Assembly (NCBI GenBank): GCA_002269645.1
Contig: NIVC01001029.1
Span: 62,001-126,000 of the forward strand
Direction: 5' to 3'
Length of the DNA: 64,000 nucleotides
From: Macrostomum lignano
Taxonomy: Eukaryota
Position 1 is the first letter of the stretch, and each line of letters opens with the position of its first letter. Both the position numbers and the translations under genes were made by a program. The notes beneath the pieces are model-generated. The model was not told the DNA's origin. It worked only from the letters and a program-made list of their open reading frames with translations, and searched no databases. Below are positions 27,231 to 43,290 of this stretch, piece by piece.

Positions 27231-30200
27231 TTGGCCTGCCTGACTGGCTGTAATGTGCATGAATTTATGCATAGCAACTATGGTTAAAAGGTAAATAAAT
27301 AATACATGGCGAGGGGCCCAGCCAAGGTTGGTCACAAAAATGCTCAAAAATACAGAGTACTAATTAGATGATGAAGCAATGTGCCTTAATAACACAGTCA
27401 TAGTTACTTCCACCATTTACCATTAATGTTAATTTATCTGTTTATTTCATAGGTAAGTCACATTTTAGTCACATGACCAATGTAAATCAGTTGCTTGCGC
27501 ATGTATGTGATTAAATGTGTTTAAATAACAATGCCTTGCATATGTAAATTCTTAAAATTATTGTTTATTGAAACTAATAGTGATATAACCTTACTTTGGT
27601 AGTTTTAGGATTTATAAGTATTTGACTAGAGGCCTAATATACAACACAATGCTATAATACTCTAAGCAGTATTTGGGAGTTATACCTATTTAGCTTAATA
27701 GCTAGATTTTTTGTGTCATAGGCATGTCATAGGCAATACAATTCTTACTCAAAAGAATTGAGTAAAAGAAGGTTGCTTATCTTTTGAATGAAAACAATGC
27801 ATGTTTTTAACTTTATTTGAGAATAACTAATAAAATATGTACTATATTATATTAAACTTGCTTTTTCTTTTTTAAAACATGTAACTTTTTAATGAAAGAA
27901 AGATTTTTTGTATAGAAACAATTTCTACTAGAGTTACACTCCTTTTTTAGGACTTTTAATGAAAAACACATAGAAAGTTCAATAATAAAAAGGCAAATAT
28001 GGTAGTTCAAAATAGCTCTAAAAAGTTTTAGCCTATAATGTTATTAAAAATATGTTACTATATATTCAATAAATATATAATATTATATTTATATTATTTT
28101 AATTTAGATGTATTAGCTTACTATATATGGTTTTGCATACTATTAATAGAAGTTTAGTTAAAAAAGTTTTTTACTTTAATTTTCAATGTGTCAATCTCAT
28201 ATTTTATGTTTATAATATTAGCTAATATCATTTTTAATCTATATAATGTATAATATTGAAGTGTTTAAATTGTAGAAATAAAAATATAGCCTTATATATA
28301 TAGAATATTATTATATAAAAAGTTTACTAGAAGTCTTTCTATAAGTTTCTTTATATTTAAATTGTCTAATTTAATTAGCTAGTGAGAATATGGCCTATTC
28401 TAAGATGTGCATAATTACTTGTACCATTTACCCAAATATACAAAAAATAAAATACCAAATTTTTATTAGTGTGCGCCATTGTGTAGGGATATGCCATTTT
28501 ACCTACTTATTTTTACATTGTTTTCTAATGAAAAAATGAAAAAAAATATAGCTACTTCTTTTATCTCGTTAAAAATAATAAAAATAATGATTTTTTGTGG
28601 GAATTTGTATCTATTTTGATGATATACTAACTTTAGTGAGTGACAAGAGCTAGGTAGGCTAAGCTTCTTTTGCTAAATTTAATCATTTTTGCATAAGAAA
28701 TCAAATAGAAAGTTAAAAACAATGCTGCCTATAGTCTAAGTATAAAAAATTGCTTTGATTCTTTTGAAGGCAAAAAACTAAATACAGGCCTATGACTAAA
28801 ATATTTTTTAACCAAAAAAAGATATTTTAGATAGTAAATTAATTGTAAAATAATTTTTAAAAAGAAAATTGCTTTAACTCTGCTTTGTATATAAAATTTG
28901 ACATTTTTGACAGTACTTTTTTGTGAAATTGGACTCAATTTTTAGTTTTTACTGAAGTTAGATAATATAACTTTGCAATTATTCAATCAATCAATTTATG
29001 TGATATATTGTTAGAAAGTATTTTTAAGTAGAATATTTCCTTCTATACCACTTATTTCTATTCTTAGTTATCTAGGTTAGGCCTATTTTATTTTTTAAGC
29101 AAGATAAATATCTTTTTTATATTTTTTCATTTGGTCACATTTTTATTCATCTTATTGAAGTCCCCAGTTATATCAAGTAGTGGCAACAATGGTCACAATG
29201 TTTAGGCCTAATCATAGTGGTAAATTTAAAAAGGAGGCACACAGGGCATAAAGGGCCTACCCCATTGAGTTTTATTTTGTTATTTTTAGAAAATACACCA
29301 TTGGGATAATAATAATAATAATAGATATTTATATGTATATTCAAGCAAGCAAAAAACCCCCGCCACTGCATTGCATCATGGCATCATGCATAGAGCATAG
29401 GCCTAGCTAGCTTAAAGTCATAACATAAGACAGGTCTAGGACTGTATAAAATCAAATTTAACTATCAAAACTCATTAGCCTAACAAAAGCACGGCATAGG
29501 CCTATGAGTATGAGTATGGCTAGAGGCCAGCCAGCCAGGCCAGGCTAACTGCCAGTTGCCATTGCCCAATAGTTTTAATTTACTCAACTTTTCTAGGTTG
29601 CAAAAAATGGTGAAAGTTATTTTGAACAATGTATTTGAATTGTGTGAATATGTCATATGCTAATGACAGTGTGCATGTTCCAAGCACCGCTATTAGCTCC
29701 CATTGACTGAAACTGTAGGCCCAGCTAAGCCACCTAGTTAACGCGCGTGTGCGAGCCGCGCGTATAACCTTTTTTTTATTGCATTTGAAATTGCACACTT
29801 TTCTAATAATTTCTAGAGTAAAACCAATAATGCCACTTCATAACTCTCCTACAACATACAAATATGCAGTTAAATACAAAAAAAGATTTTTTTACTTTTT
29901 ATACAAAATTTTAATTAGTTAGAGTGCTAAAATAGGAATACACCTAGTTTTAGAAACTTTTTTAACTTAAATAGTCAGATGTAATTAATCTGACCGTTTG
30001 TCTGAGCCAAACTTACTACTACTACTACTAATCTAACTAACTAGATTAGTAGTTAGAATCGAAGTAGTAGTTAGATCGATTAGTAGTTAGAATCTTTTAG
30101 TGATAAAGTGATAAAATCACTTTAAGTGATAAAATCTTCTAACACATAGGCGAAGTCCAATGATTTTTCGCGTTGGGGGCAATATGAAAAAGAAAAAGTT

Positions 30201-31867
30201 CCCTAAACCTTTTAGCATGATTTCGGTGGGGGGCGGCCAAATTACGCCAAATATGATATGTATTTATTATATTTGTTATAGGATTTCTTTTTTATTATCA
30301 TCATTTTGGCGTAAAAAACTGGGGCACCGAAAAGCACGGGCACCGAAATGCATGGTAACCGGCTGGGGCTCAGGCCCCAAGGCTCCCTGGCTGCTCCCGC
30401 TACGCTACTGTCCTGTGTCCTAACCTTTTTTCTTGTGTGAATCTTGAGTTTAATAGTTATCGTGCTTATCTATTTAAAAAACTTAAAGAACAATTAACTA
30501 TGCATGGACTGCTGCGCGAAATTATTTTAAGTAAAACTGCCTTCAATTAGAATATCATGAGTTATAAAATCTCAAAGCCTACGCCCTACTGTATGCAAGA
30601 CAATGGGCCTACTCTGGGTTGTAGTGTACCCTTCTAAAGTGTACTTCAGTGTAAATTTATGAGCCCATAGGGCAAGCTAGTGGAAACTTCAAGTTTAAAT
30701 TTTAATGTTCTTTTAGTACTATTAGTTCCTCAATTTGTCTAGCTTTTATACCTTTAATCTGGACATTTCATCTCAATTAGAAGTAATTTCATAAATTAGA
30801 CCTAAGCCATATCATTTTATTAGACCAAAATTGCCAAAAAGTAGTATGAAAATTTAAAAAAAAGTTTATTATTACATAATTTTGTGTTGTTTTAATTATT
30901 CACAATGATTAGAGAATAACCTAACTAGCTATTTTTTATCATTAGAAATAAAAATTCTTGCATTATAACTTTTAGAGTTTAGCATTAATTATGTTTTTAA
31001 TTTTTTATCCTAGAACTTTTTAATTTATTTATAATTAGTTTAGTTAAGTAAGCAATATAAATAAATTTAAAAGACAAAACCAACAAGAACCATTTTCTTT
31101 TCTAAATATTTATAGATACCAATAATATTAGTGGCAAATAAAACAAAAGCTCTATTTTGTACAATATGTTTTGTTGAACACACAGTATTATCAGAAAGAA
31201 TAAAATATTTGTGAAAAAAAATAGGATAAAATACATGCAAATATAAATTATACATTGGAGCATACTGTACAAAAAAGCTAGAATTGTGTAAACTTATTTT
31301 ACAAAGTCAATAGAGCTAAAAAATTCTGAGATACACACTGTTGTCACTCCTTGCTAATTCCTTCCTAATTTTTGTTTGGCATCAGTATCATTGGTACATG
31401 TATCTACACATACTCAGAAAATAAAATGTTGCTTGTCAGCTTTGTCTTTTTAATCTTATTAAAGAAAAGTAGCCTGCCTCAATATAAATAAAGAATCATC
31501 ATTTTTATAAAGGGATAATCAATGGTAAGGGATACTATTCTTTCAGAGACCAAAAATTATTGACTTATTAGTTCTATAGGAATATACTAAGCCTATCTTA
31601 TACCCTAAATGCCTAATGCTTATACCACTAAATATTTTAAGGCATTTTAAGTCTTATGATCTAATATTAATGTATTTATAAACTCATATCAATATAAAAA
31701 GCTTTTTTGTTTTATTTTTATCACCTAGATTTATTTGAATTTGAAATTAAACAATGCTTTTGGATTCTACAAAATTGCCTTTCTAGTAGTTATGTCATTA
31801 GCATTAGCAATACACAGTAATATAAATATATACTTCTGCCATTAGGTCCAATCAGTCAGAGGTTGTC

Positions 31868-33813
31868 ATGGCAACGCGCAGCGAATACCAGAAAAACTAT
31901 CGCAACTATACCAAGAAGGCCGCCGAGGAATACCAGGAGCACCTTCGTTATCGCCAGCTTCGCAAGTCAGCCGAATTCGCCCACCACGACTGGGCCTGGT
32001 CAGGCGTCGAGGTCGAAGACACGGCCACCCCCAGCGCTGCCTCCGCTTCTCCACCTCACGCAGTCGCATCTGGAAGCCCCCCGAAGCAGAAGGCGGCAAC
32101 AGCAGCTGAGACCGAGCTGAAGCTCACCGACCTGCCGCCGTCTCGGCGACTATCGAAGGCCGAGCCGAGTCTGTCGACTCTGTCGCAGTCGGCTCGGAGA
32201 CTGACTACCAAGAGCGCGAGGCCAACCTGCTGGACGACCCGCTGGCCGAGACAGCTGAAGAGACCGCAGCGCCGTCGCCGCCAATCGATGAGGCGGCTGA
32301 GAGGGCCAAAATTCGGCGGGCAATTCGCGAACTCAAATTGAAGAGGCAGGAAGGTGAGCGAATATTGACGGAGTGGGTCTGACAGGTGCTGACTGATGGG
32401 TCTGACAGGTGCTGACTGATGGGTCTGACAGGTGCTGACTGATGGGTCTGACGGGTGCTGACTGATGGGTCTGACAGGTGCTGACTGATGGGTCTGACAG
32501 GTGCTGACTGATGGTCTGACAGGTGCTGACTGACTGATGGGTCTGACGGTGCTGCAGCTGACTGATGGTCTGACGGGCTGACATGACTGATGGGTCTGAC
32601 AGGTGCTGACTGACTGATGGTCTGACAGGTGCTGACTGATGGGTCTGACAGGTGCTGACTGATGGGTCTGACAGGTGCTGACAGCCAGCTGACTGATGGG
32701 TCTGACAGGTGCTGACAGCCAGCTGACTGATGGGTCTGACAGGTGCTGACAGCCAGCTGACTGATGGGTCTGACAGGTGCTGGCAGCCAGCTGACTGATG
32801 GGTCTGACAGGTGCTGACTGATGATGTCTGACAGGTGCTGGCAGCCAGCTGACTGATGGGTCTGACAGGTGCTGGCAGCCAGCTGACTGATGGGTCAAGC
32901 AATATTGAAATTTCACTACTGTCGAGTAGTATGCAACGCTCTAGAGTTAATTGTCTCTATAGAGTTGCAGAAGCAGCCGGCAGAGCAGCAACAGCAACGA
33001 CAGCAGCAGCAGCAGCGGAGGCGGCGGCGGTACCATTGGCAGCAGCGGCGCCATCGCGAGCCGAGCCCGCCGCCGAGGCTGGCAGCCGGTACAGCAGCGA
33101 CGAAGTAGATGCCGACGAGGAGTCGAACGATATCGATGAAACGGACGAAGTCACCGACGACTACGAGGAGCAGCTGGCTGCGGCGAGGCGGCGAAGGCTG
33201 CGCCGGCGTCAGAGGCAACAGCAGGAGGCGCAGCAGAAGCAGAAACAAGAACAACAGCAGCAGCAGAAGCAGCAAACTCGCACGGCAGCACAGCAGCAGA
33301 AGAAGCCGAAGCGGCGCGCAGCCCCGCCTGATTGCCCGCCATTGGAGCTGGACCGCGTGGCTGAAGACTCCGCTCAGGTGCTGTTCAATCACGAGGGCCA
33401 GTCGCAAAAGAAGAGTCTGCAACAGCAGAAGCAGCAGCCGGAGGCCGAGCCGCGGCCAATTTTCTATCCGTGGGGCATGGGCGATGAGGAGCGCCAGTAC
33501 GGGCTGAAGCGGACCTTCAACGTGCGGGCAACGCGCGACGTCTACGACTCGGCGCTGCGGGCCCGCGACCGCTGCCCGCCGTCTCGGACGCGTCCTGCCA
33601 CGGCCGGTCTGGCGACAGCAGCAGGCGGCTGCTGGCCGCTCCGGCGGTCGCTCGGCTACGGCAGTCGCTGGCCGACTTGGCGCCTCGGCGCCTGGCGCTC
33701 AGGACGACTATTGGCTGTCGGAGTACGCGAAGAACTTCGCCAAGTACGCGAACGCGCTGTACGCCAGGAACCGGCAGGCCTTGGCCAGTCGGGCCCGGGC
33801 CGACCTGCTATGA
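31868..33813 (+). CDS. CCSAP: CCSAP-like (centriole, cilia and spindle-associated) protein, 2 exons, three apparent frameshifts
   Basis: Exon 31868-32353 (AG|GTGAGC) and exon 32963-33813. N-terminal RSEYQKNY..YQEHLRYRQLRKSAEFAHHDWAW, internal FYPWGMG..RTFNVRAT..VYDSALRAR and C-terminal WLSEYAKNF match the three conserved CCSAP blocks. Frame changes are needed near 32130, 33075 and 33570. AATAAA at 34119-34124. Confidence 0.75.
32376..32895. repeat. Minisatellite, 23-bp CTGACTGATGGGTCTGACAGGTG filling the CCSAP-like intron
   Basis: About 20 copies, some with a CAGCCAGCT insertion. Confidence 0.95.
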
Positions 33814-34669
33814 GTTGAGCACCTGGCTCTGGCTGCGGCTCCGCCAACTGGACTAGTATTGCTGTGCTGCTCTCACCGCAGATATTGCGATGACTAACTG
33901 GGTCACTAGAGCCGTGCTTAGTTTATTAGGTATCTCTTAGTTGCTACCTACTGTTCAAAAAAGGAAACCATTTGCAGGGCTGCGGGCACCCTCCATCCTC
34001 CCGCAACCAGCGCTAAGGCAATTCTGCGCATGATCCGCTGACTCCTGAGTGCATGCAAGCGCGCCAATGTTGTACGCAGGCACGCGCTCTAATCGTCAGC
34101 ATGTACACTCTTATAACAAATAAAATAGTTGGATTGTAAAAGCTCAAAGTGACCCTTTAATTATTAAATTATCTGTTTTAGTTTTCTGAAGACTTAAAAA
34201 ATACCGTAATTAGATTATCTATTATCGGTACGCTTTCTACGTTCCATTTTTAGTACTTTTTCTCCTTATTTGCTATTCACTCTACTGAGAAGCATTCCGT
34301 CCCGTTTTTTTTGTTGTCCCTATTAGTTTCATTAGCTTTTGTGTACATGTAATCCCACCTTTTCCTCGATAATTCAGTTGGTTTTAAATGACAAATTATT
34401 TTTGGTGCATTGCACTACTCCCATTTTCATTATTAATTGTTATTAATTATTTTGCGTACGTCAGCACGTTAATTGCTTGCTGATGACCTCAGGTGCTCCG
34501 GTTTGCTGGGCATTCCGCTGCGTTAAAGGATTTAAGATTATTAAGAAAATATTGACTGACATCAGCTTTGTCGCATGAGCTACTCTGGGTGGCTGGAAAA
34601 ATGAATTTCCTCGAAATGTGTCTGTCAACAGCCATGCAGGGCATAAATAAGCAATACAAAACAACGCGC

Positions 34670-35172
34670 TTGACTGGCATCTTTCGATTGGCTCCCGCCA
34701 CCGCCGAAGTGAGGTGGGTGAGGCCTATCGATTTTCAGCCAATCCCGTAACCCCCGTCTCTGATAACTTAAATATTTATACTGGCCACTTTCTATTGGCT
34801 CCCGCAGACGCCGGAGTGAGGTGGGGGAGGCCTATCGATTTTCAGCCAATCCCTTAACCCTACCCGTCTCTGATAACTTCAATATTTATACTGGCCACTT
34901 TCTATTGGCTCCCGCCGACGCCGGAGTGAGGTGGGGGAGGCCTATCGATTTTCAGCCAATCCCTTAACCCTACCCGTCTCTGATAACTTAAATATTTATA
35001 CTGGCCACTTTCTATTGGCTCCCGCCGACGCCGGAGTGAGGTGGGAGAGGCCTATCGATTTTCAGCCAATCCTTAACCCTACCCGTCTCTGATAACTTAA
35101 ATATTTATACTGGCCACTTTCTTTTGGCTCCCGCCGACGCCGGAGTGAGGTGGGGGAGGCCTATCGATTTTC
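34670..35172. repeat. 110-bp tandem repeat, about 4.4 copies
   Basis: CTGGCCACTT recurs at 34781, 34891, 35001 and ~35110. The unit contains ATTGG, CCAAT and TAACCCTA. Confidence 0.92.
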
Positions 35173-38100
35173 CGATAAAACCTCATCTCTCTCAAAAGCA
35201 CTTCTTATTCCATCCACCAGAATAGTTTTATAATGGCATGCGTACGATAATCATTGATTGTATTTTCAAGAGCCAGTTTTGCTTTAGTAGCTTCTGTTGC
35301 TACTATAAACCTACGATACGCAACAACAAGGTACGCAAGTAATAAATGTGCCACAATCTTTGATTGAGTAGCGTTGTATCCACGTCAGCCATGTTTTCTT
35401 TATGGATATTCTTTTTTAGGACTTTTGTTACATTATCTAGTAAGGAAAAATCTATTATTTCTATTGTTAATTACCGCCTATAGAAAATCTTTATTAAGGA
35501 TTCGTTAATCCACCGATTAAAAGCCATCCTGTCTGCGACTTTGGCTGTGCAGTGTACATCCGTGTAGTAATTAGGTTCTAACCTTTTTGCATTCTTTTTG
35601 GAACTAAGCTGAAATACACTATGCTCGCGACTTAAACCATTCCGTCCGGTCCAATGAGGTGAAAAACTCATCTTCTGACTATTGATTAGTCTATTGTGAG
35701 ACATGCGAGTATATAATTGTAGGTCATATTATCATATGCCCTCTCTGACTTTGTAGTTGTAAATTTTATCTACCAACGCTAAGCAATATATAATGCGTGC
35801 ATGCATTTAATGAGGGGAAGTAAAGTACAACTGATATTGTAGGATGGCCTTACTATTTGGTTATGAAATAACCAGCTGATTAAAATTTAAAAGCGTAGTT
35901 GCTTTAAAACTGTCAGTAAAAATGCCATTAAAGCGAACTGGACATTAGATTGTTTCAGCTGACCAGGTGCAAAAGCTCTGCTGCCATTTCACCGAAAAAG
36001 CTCTTGTTTGTCCGGCTAATCACGGAACCGAAGTACACTTGTGAGGAAATGAGGTGAGCTAATTTATTGTAGAATACATATAGGTCAGCTCTCACAATGA
36101 AGTCTGCAGGCACAGGCACTAATATAGCATTTTGCAAGCTAGTAGAGACTACTAACAAGCAATTTAATCCTAGATAGCAAAAACACATGCATTTTGAGCC
36201 TCACTGCTAGTTGTCTATGGTAAAAAGTGTGTCAAACCGACAGGCAATTTAATCCTTGGAGCACTCATTGACATATGGCCAAGCATTCTTAAATTGCTGA
36301 CACTATTCATTGTCTATGGCCAAAAAGCAATCCACCAATAACGCGACTGTGCAGTAAATCCCAAGCCGTGCTGTAAATTCCAACCACCGTGCTGTAAATT
36401 CCCGCACGTATTCAACTTATTAAATTTATTTAAGTCTACCGGGTAAATCTCAAACACAGAAGTAAAAAAATTGACAAAAAATAAAAGTTCTGTGGCATGC
36501 AAAATAATGCTTTACCTCTGAAGATTAAACAATAATATAATAATTTTTCTACTTAAAACCACAAGTAGGCCTGAATTTCAAGAAAGAATGCTGTTTGTTT
36601 TTTCGAAGGGTATTCTGACAACGATTAATACCGAAGATAAACTGTTTGTTTATTTAACATACAAAATTGTAGTTTTTGTTTTTTTAGAGTTAAATTTCTA
36701 TTGGTTTGTAGTATACACAAAATATTCTTTGTTTTTAAGAAACATTTTGTTATAAATTGAGGCTGTTTATAGTTACTTAATTTAACGTGCTAAGAATCTG
36801 CCTGATTTAATATAAACGGAATATACGGTACCTAAACCATTTTTTATATATATATCGACAACATATCCCGTTGACGGACTGATAACGAACGGAGTTTATT
36901 ATTGATGGCAATGAAACGATGCCAATTGGGTTATTTATCTTTACTAAAATTTAATATGGCGAAACCTACAAATTCTGTAATATTCAGACTGACACCGATG
37001 GATCATGGATCTAGTATTCAACTTGAACATATTTTAATTAAGCAAATGTATTGAATTTTCTTTAAATTACACGTTTGTCTCTTTAATTCAACTGAATCAA
37101 GTTTTGCAACTATCAAATTGCAAGCCATACCACAAAAATAACACCAATACTTTCCCTTAATTTCTTGACAAAGAACTCGAAGCTGCTGTTCTCTCATACT
37201 GCTAAAAAGCTAGAAGTTAAAAAATATACTTATACATTTTACTTTTGAAGTTTTGACTAAGGTTTCCATCACTGATCAAATATATCGTCTGTAGAATGTA
37301 GATGTTTGTTTGTAAATTAAAGCAAAACAAAAAATTGCATGTATATTTCCCATTTCTACTTTAAAATGTGCAAGAAAAAACAGACTGAAACAGATACTTG
37401 AACTGCACTGGACTTATATAAAGAAGTGCAGACCATAAAAATGCAATGAAATTAAAAGCGTACAGTTACTCGCACTGGGAAAATGTACAACAGTAAATAA
37501 AAGCCAAAAAGATACTGGCAAAAAGAAAAAAAAACAGAAAACTTACAGACTGAAAAATACTATATAAAGCAGATATGGCACTGAAAACTAAGAAAAATGT
37601 AAATGGCAAATGGCAAATGTTAAACTGGAAACTAAAACATATATATATGCTGAGAGAAAGGTAATACAGTATGCTAAGAGAAAGCAACAGATGTACAGGC
37701 CAGGATAAGATGCAACTGACAGTACAAATACAGTATATAGGATTTCAAACTCTTACATAGATGTGTTAGTTTTTATGCCCAACACTGTAACTACACAGTG
37801 CACATGTGAAACAATGTGCATGTGTGGCATTTGGCATTGGCCCAGCCCAGCAATTCTTTCTACCCTCATGACTGCTATGCCATCATGGCCAACACTCCCT
37901 TCTTGCACTGTACTATAGAGATACATATAAATATATTCTATTATCATGCAATATCCACTTTTATTCCAGACAAGAAATGAATTTTGAAGTAAATTTGTGT
38001 ATTGTAGAAAATAGAAACCATATAAGAATGAGGTATTATCATCTTAATGTTATCTGGTATCAATTTAAAGAAAATAACTGTAGTAATTTTAGGAATGTCT

Positions 38101-39184
38101 ACATTGAAAATTGCCAAAATTTACAAATAGACAGATAGACTCTCACTTTGTATTTTTGTAAATGAATACCAAGATAGCAGAGTACAATTGAAAATGACTA
38201 AATAGAAATAATAGATATGGCATTCAAATTGCAAGGTAAACATATACTGCTACACACAGATATTGAGATATAAATACAAATAGAAGTAGATAGATTGTGC
38301 TTCCTAATTATGAGTAAAAAGGCTTTCTAAGGTGTCATTAAATACAATAAAAGTATGCAATACCAGGATTCTTTTTGCTTTCTCCTAACCATGCAAACTG
38401 TTTCTAAGGGTTCCTGTTCCTGCCATACCTATTGTCTTTTGCTAGCCCAAATAGGCATTCAAATATGATAACATTAGAGGAATATATTAAATACATTGGC
38501 AAAAACAAATTAGAATATTTATATGGATTACCAAACATTAGAGCTCAAATATACACATAAGATCAAAATTGAATATCATTACAAGCGAATTCATCAAAGA
38601 TTTTCATACAAAATAAACAAACTGCTTACTTAAGTATGTTAGTTGGCTATAAATGGTAAAAACCCATATAATGAACTTAATAAGGTCTATACTTCTTTAG
38701 TAAAATCACAAGAACATGCAATAAAAAACTACTCTTTGTTTAGTATTTTTCTACATAATAACAAGTTTTGGGAACATTTACATGCTTATGAGCTGAGTAA
38801 ACTTACACCTTACAGGAAATTTTGTGCTCATGAAAAAGTCAAAATGTAACATCAATAGGCATAAGTAAGTAACAATGCATTGACAGTCGCAGATAAAACA
38901 AAATAACAATATTTAAAATGTCTCTGAAAGAATGAATCACTAAAGATCAAAATGTTTGGCGTTGTTTATCAGAAAACCTACACCTTACAGGAATTTTTCA
39001 ACAGTAGACAAGTGTCATGCAATTAAGACAGGGCTAAATAAGTTCATAAATATTGAAAACACAGCCGTAAAATATCCACAAGCTCACAGATAAAGGTTTT
39101 CCCCTATATTTTCAGTCATTGTCCCATAGACAAAAATAGTACACGTACACAAAAGAGCGTTATGAAACAAAAAAACGTACTTAA

Positions 39185-40875
<1,691 letters not shown>

Positions 40876-41084
40876 AAGTACAAGTCAGAAAAATACGTTT
40901 TCGGTCGCTATCGCCACGATAAAAGCATAAGCTCTGGCTAAAAGTTTAAAGACACATTTTTCAATCAGTTTTTTATAAATAAAAGTTAAATTTATGTACA
41001 AATACTTCTGGTTTAACAATTAAATTCATGCTGAAAGAAAAAATTTGTTTATAACTTACGTATATTTCAATTTGAGATTTACCC

Positions 41085-43290
41085 TACCTGAGCTACTGGT
41101 CTAATTCTACCTGAGCTACTGGTCTAATTCTACCTGAGCTAATGAGCTAATCCTGCCTAAGCTACTGTCTCAGTACCTGAGCTACTGACCCAATTCTACC
41201 TGAGCTACTGGTCTAATTCTACCTGAGCTAATGAGCTAATCCTGCCTAAGCTACTGTCTCAGTACCTGAGCTACTGACCCAATTCTACCTGAGCTACTGA
41301 ACCAATTCTACCTGAGCTAGTGAACCAATTCTACCTGAGCTAGTGAACCAATTCTACCTGAGCTACTTGTCCAATTCTACCTGAGCTACTGAACCAATTC
41401 TGCCTGAGCTACTGATCCAATTCTACCTGAGCTACTGAACCAATTCTACCTGAGCTACTGAACCAATTCTACTTGAGCTACTGAACCAATTCTACCTGAG
41501 CTACTGAACCAATTCTACCTGAGCTACTGAACCAATTCTACCTGAGCTACTGAACCAATTCTACCTGAGCTACTGACCCAATTCTACCTGAGCTACTGAA
41601 CCAATTCTACTTGAGCTACTGAACCAATTCTGCCTGAGCTACTGAACCAATTCTACCTGAGCTACTGAACCAATTCTACCTGAGCTACTGAACCAATTCT
41701 ACCTGAACTACTGAACCAATTCTACCTAAGCTACTGAACCAATTCTGCCTGAGCTACTGAACCAATTCTACCTGAGCTACTGAACCAATTCTGCCTGAGC
41801 TACTGAACCAATTCTGCCTGAGCTACTGAACCAATTCTACCTGAGCTACTGAACCAATTCTACCTGAGCTACTGAACCAATTCTACCTGAGCTACTGAAC
41901 CAATTCTACCTGAGCTACTGAACCAATTCTACTTGAGCTACTGAACCAATTCTACCTGAGCTACTGAACCAATTCTACCTGAGCTACTGAACCAATTCTG
42001 CCTGAGCTACTGAACCAATTCTACCTGAGCTACTGACCCAATTCTACCTGAACTACTGAACCAATTCTACCTGAGCTAGTAAACCAATTCTACCTGAGCT
42101 ACTGAACCAATTCTGCCTGAGCTACTGAACCAATTCTACCTGAGCTACTGAACCAATTCTACCTGAGCTACTGAACCAATTCTACCTGAACTACTGAACC
42201 AATTCTACCTGAGCTACTGAACCAATTCTACCTGAGCTACTGAACCAATTCTACCTGAGCTACTGAACCAATTCTACTTGAGCTACTGAACCAATTCTGC
42301 CTGAGCTACTGAACCAATTCTGCCTGAGCTACTGAACCAATTCTACCTGAGCTACTGACCCAATTCTACCTGAGCTAGTAAACCAATTCTACCTGAGCTA
42401 CTGAACCAATTCTACCTGAGCTACTGAACCAATTCTACCTGAGCTAGTGAACCAATTCTACCTGAGCTACTGACCCAATTCTGCCTGAGCTACTGAACCA
42501 ATTCTACCTGAGCTACTGAACCAATTCTACCTGAGCTACTGACCCAATTCTACCTGAGCTAGTAAACCAATTCTACCTGAGCTACTGAACCAATTCTACC
42601 TGAGCTACTGAACCAATTCTACCTGAGCTACTGAACCAATTCTACCTGAGCTACTGAACCAATTCTACCTGAGCAACTGAACCAATTCTACCTGAGCTAG
42701 TAAACCAATTCTACCTGAGCTACTGAACCAATTCTACCTGAGCTACTGAACCAATTCTACCTGAGCTACTGAACCAATTCTACCTGAGCTACTGAACCAA
42801 TTCTACTTGAGCTACTGAACCAATTCTGCCTGAGCTACTGAACCAATTCTGCCTGAGCTACTGAACCAATTCTACCTGAGCTACTGACCCAATTCTACCT
42901 GAGCTAGTAAACCAATTCTACCTGAGCTACTGAACCAATTCTACCTGAGCTACTGAACCAATTCTACCTGAGCTAGTGAACCAATTCTACCTGAGCTACT
43001 GAACCAATTCTGCCTGAGCTACTGAACCAATTCTACCTGAGCTAGTGAACCAATTCTGCCTGAGCTACTGAACCAATTCTACCTGAGCTACTGAACCAAT
43101 TCTGCCTGAGCTACTGAACCAATTCTACCTGAGCTAGTGAACCAATTCTGCCTGAGCTAGTGAACCAATTCTACCTGAGCTACTGAACCAATTCTGCCTG
43201 AGCTACTGAACCAATTCTACCTGAGCTAGTGAACCAATTCTGCCTGAGCTACTGAACCAATTCTACCTAAGCTACTGAACTAATTCTATC
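41085..43290. repeat. Minisatellite, 23-bp CTACCTGAGCTACTGAACCAATT
   Basis: About 95 copies, degenerate at the left end. Confidence 0.97.

Noticed and set aside
26118-27347. 409-aa ORF start at 27347 with a hydrophobic N-terminus
   Set aside because: The first 39 codons are AT-rich intron-like sequence upstream of a splice acceptor; the FHA-family start is the Met at 27230.
32100-33600. Programmed ribosomal frameshifting in the CCSAP-like gene
   Set aside because: No slippery heptamers or stimulatory structures were seen; multiple shifts are better explained by indel error.
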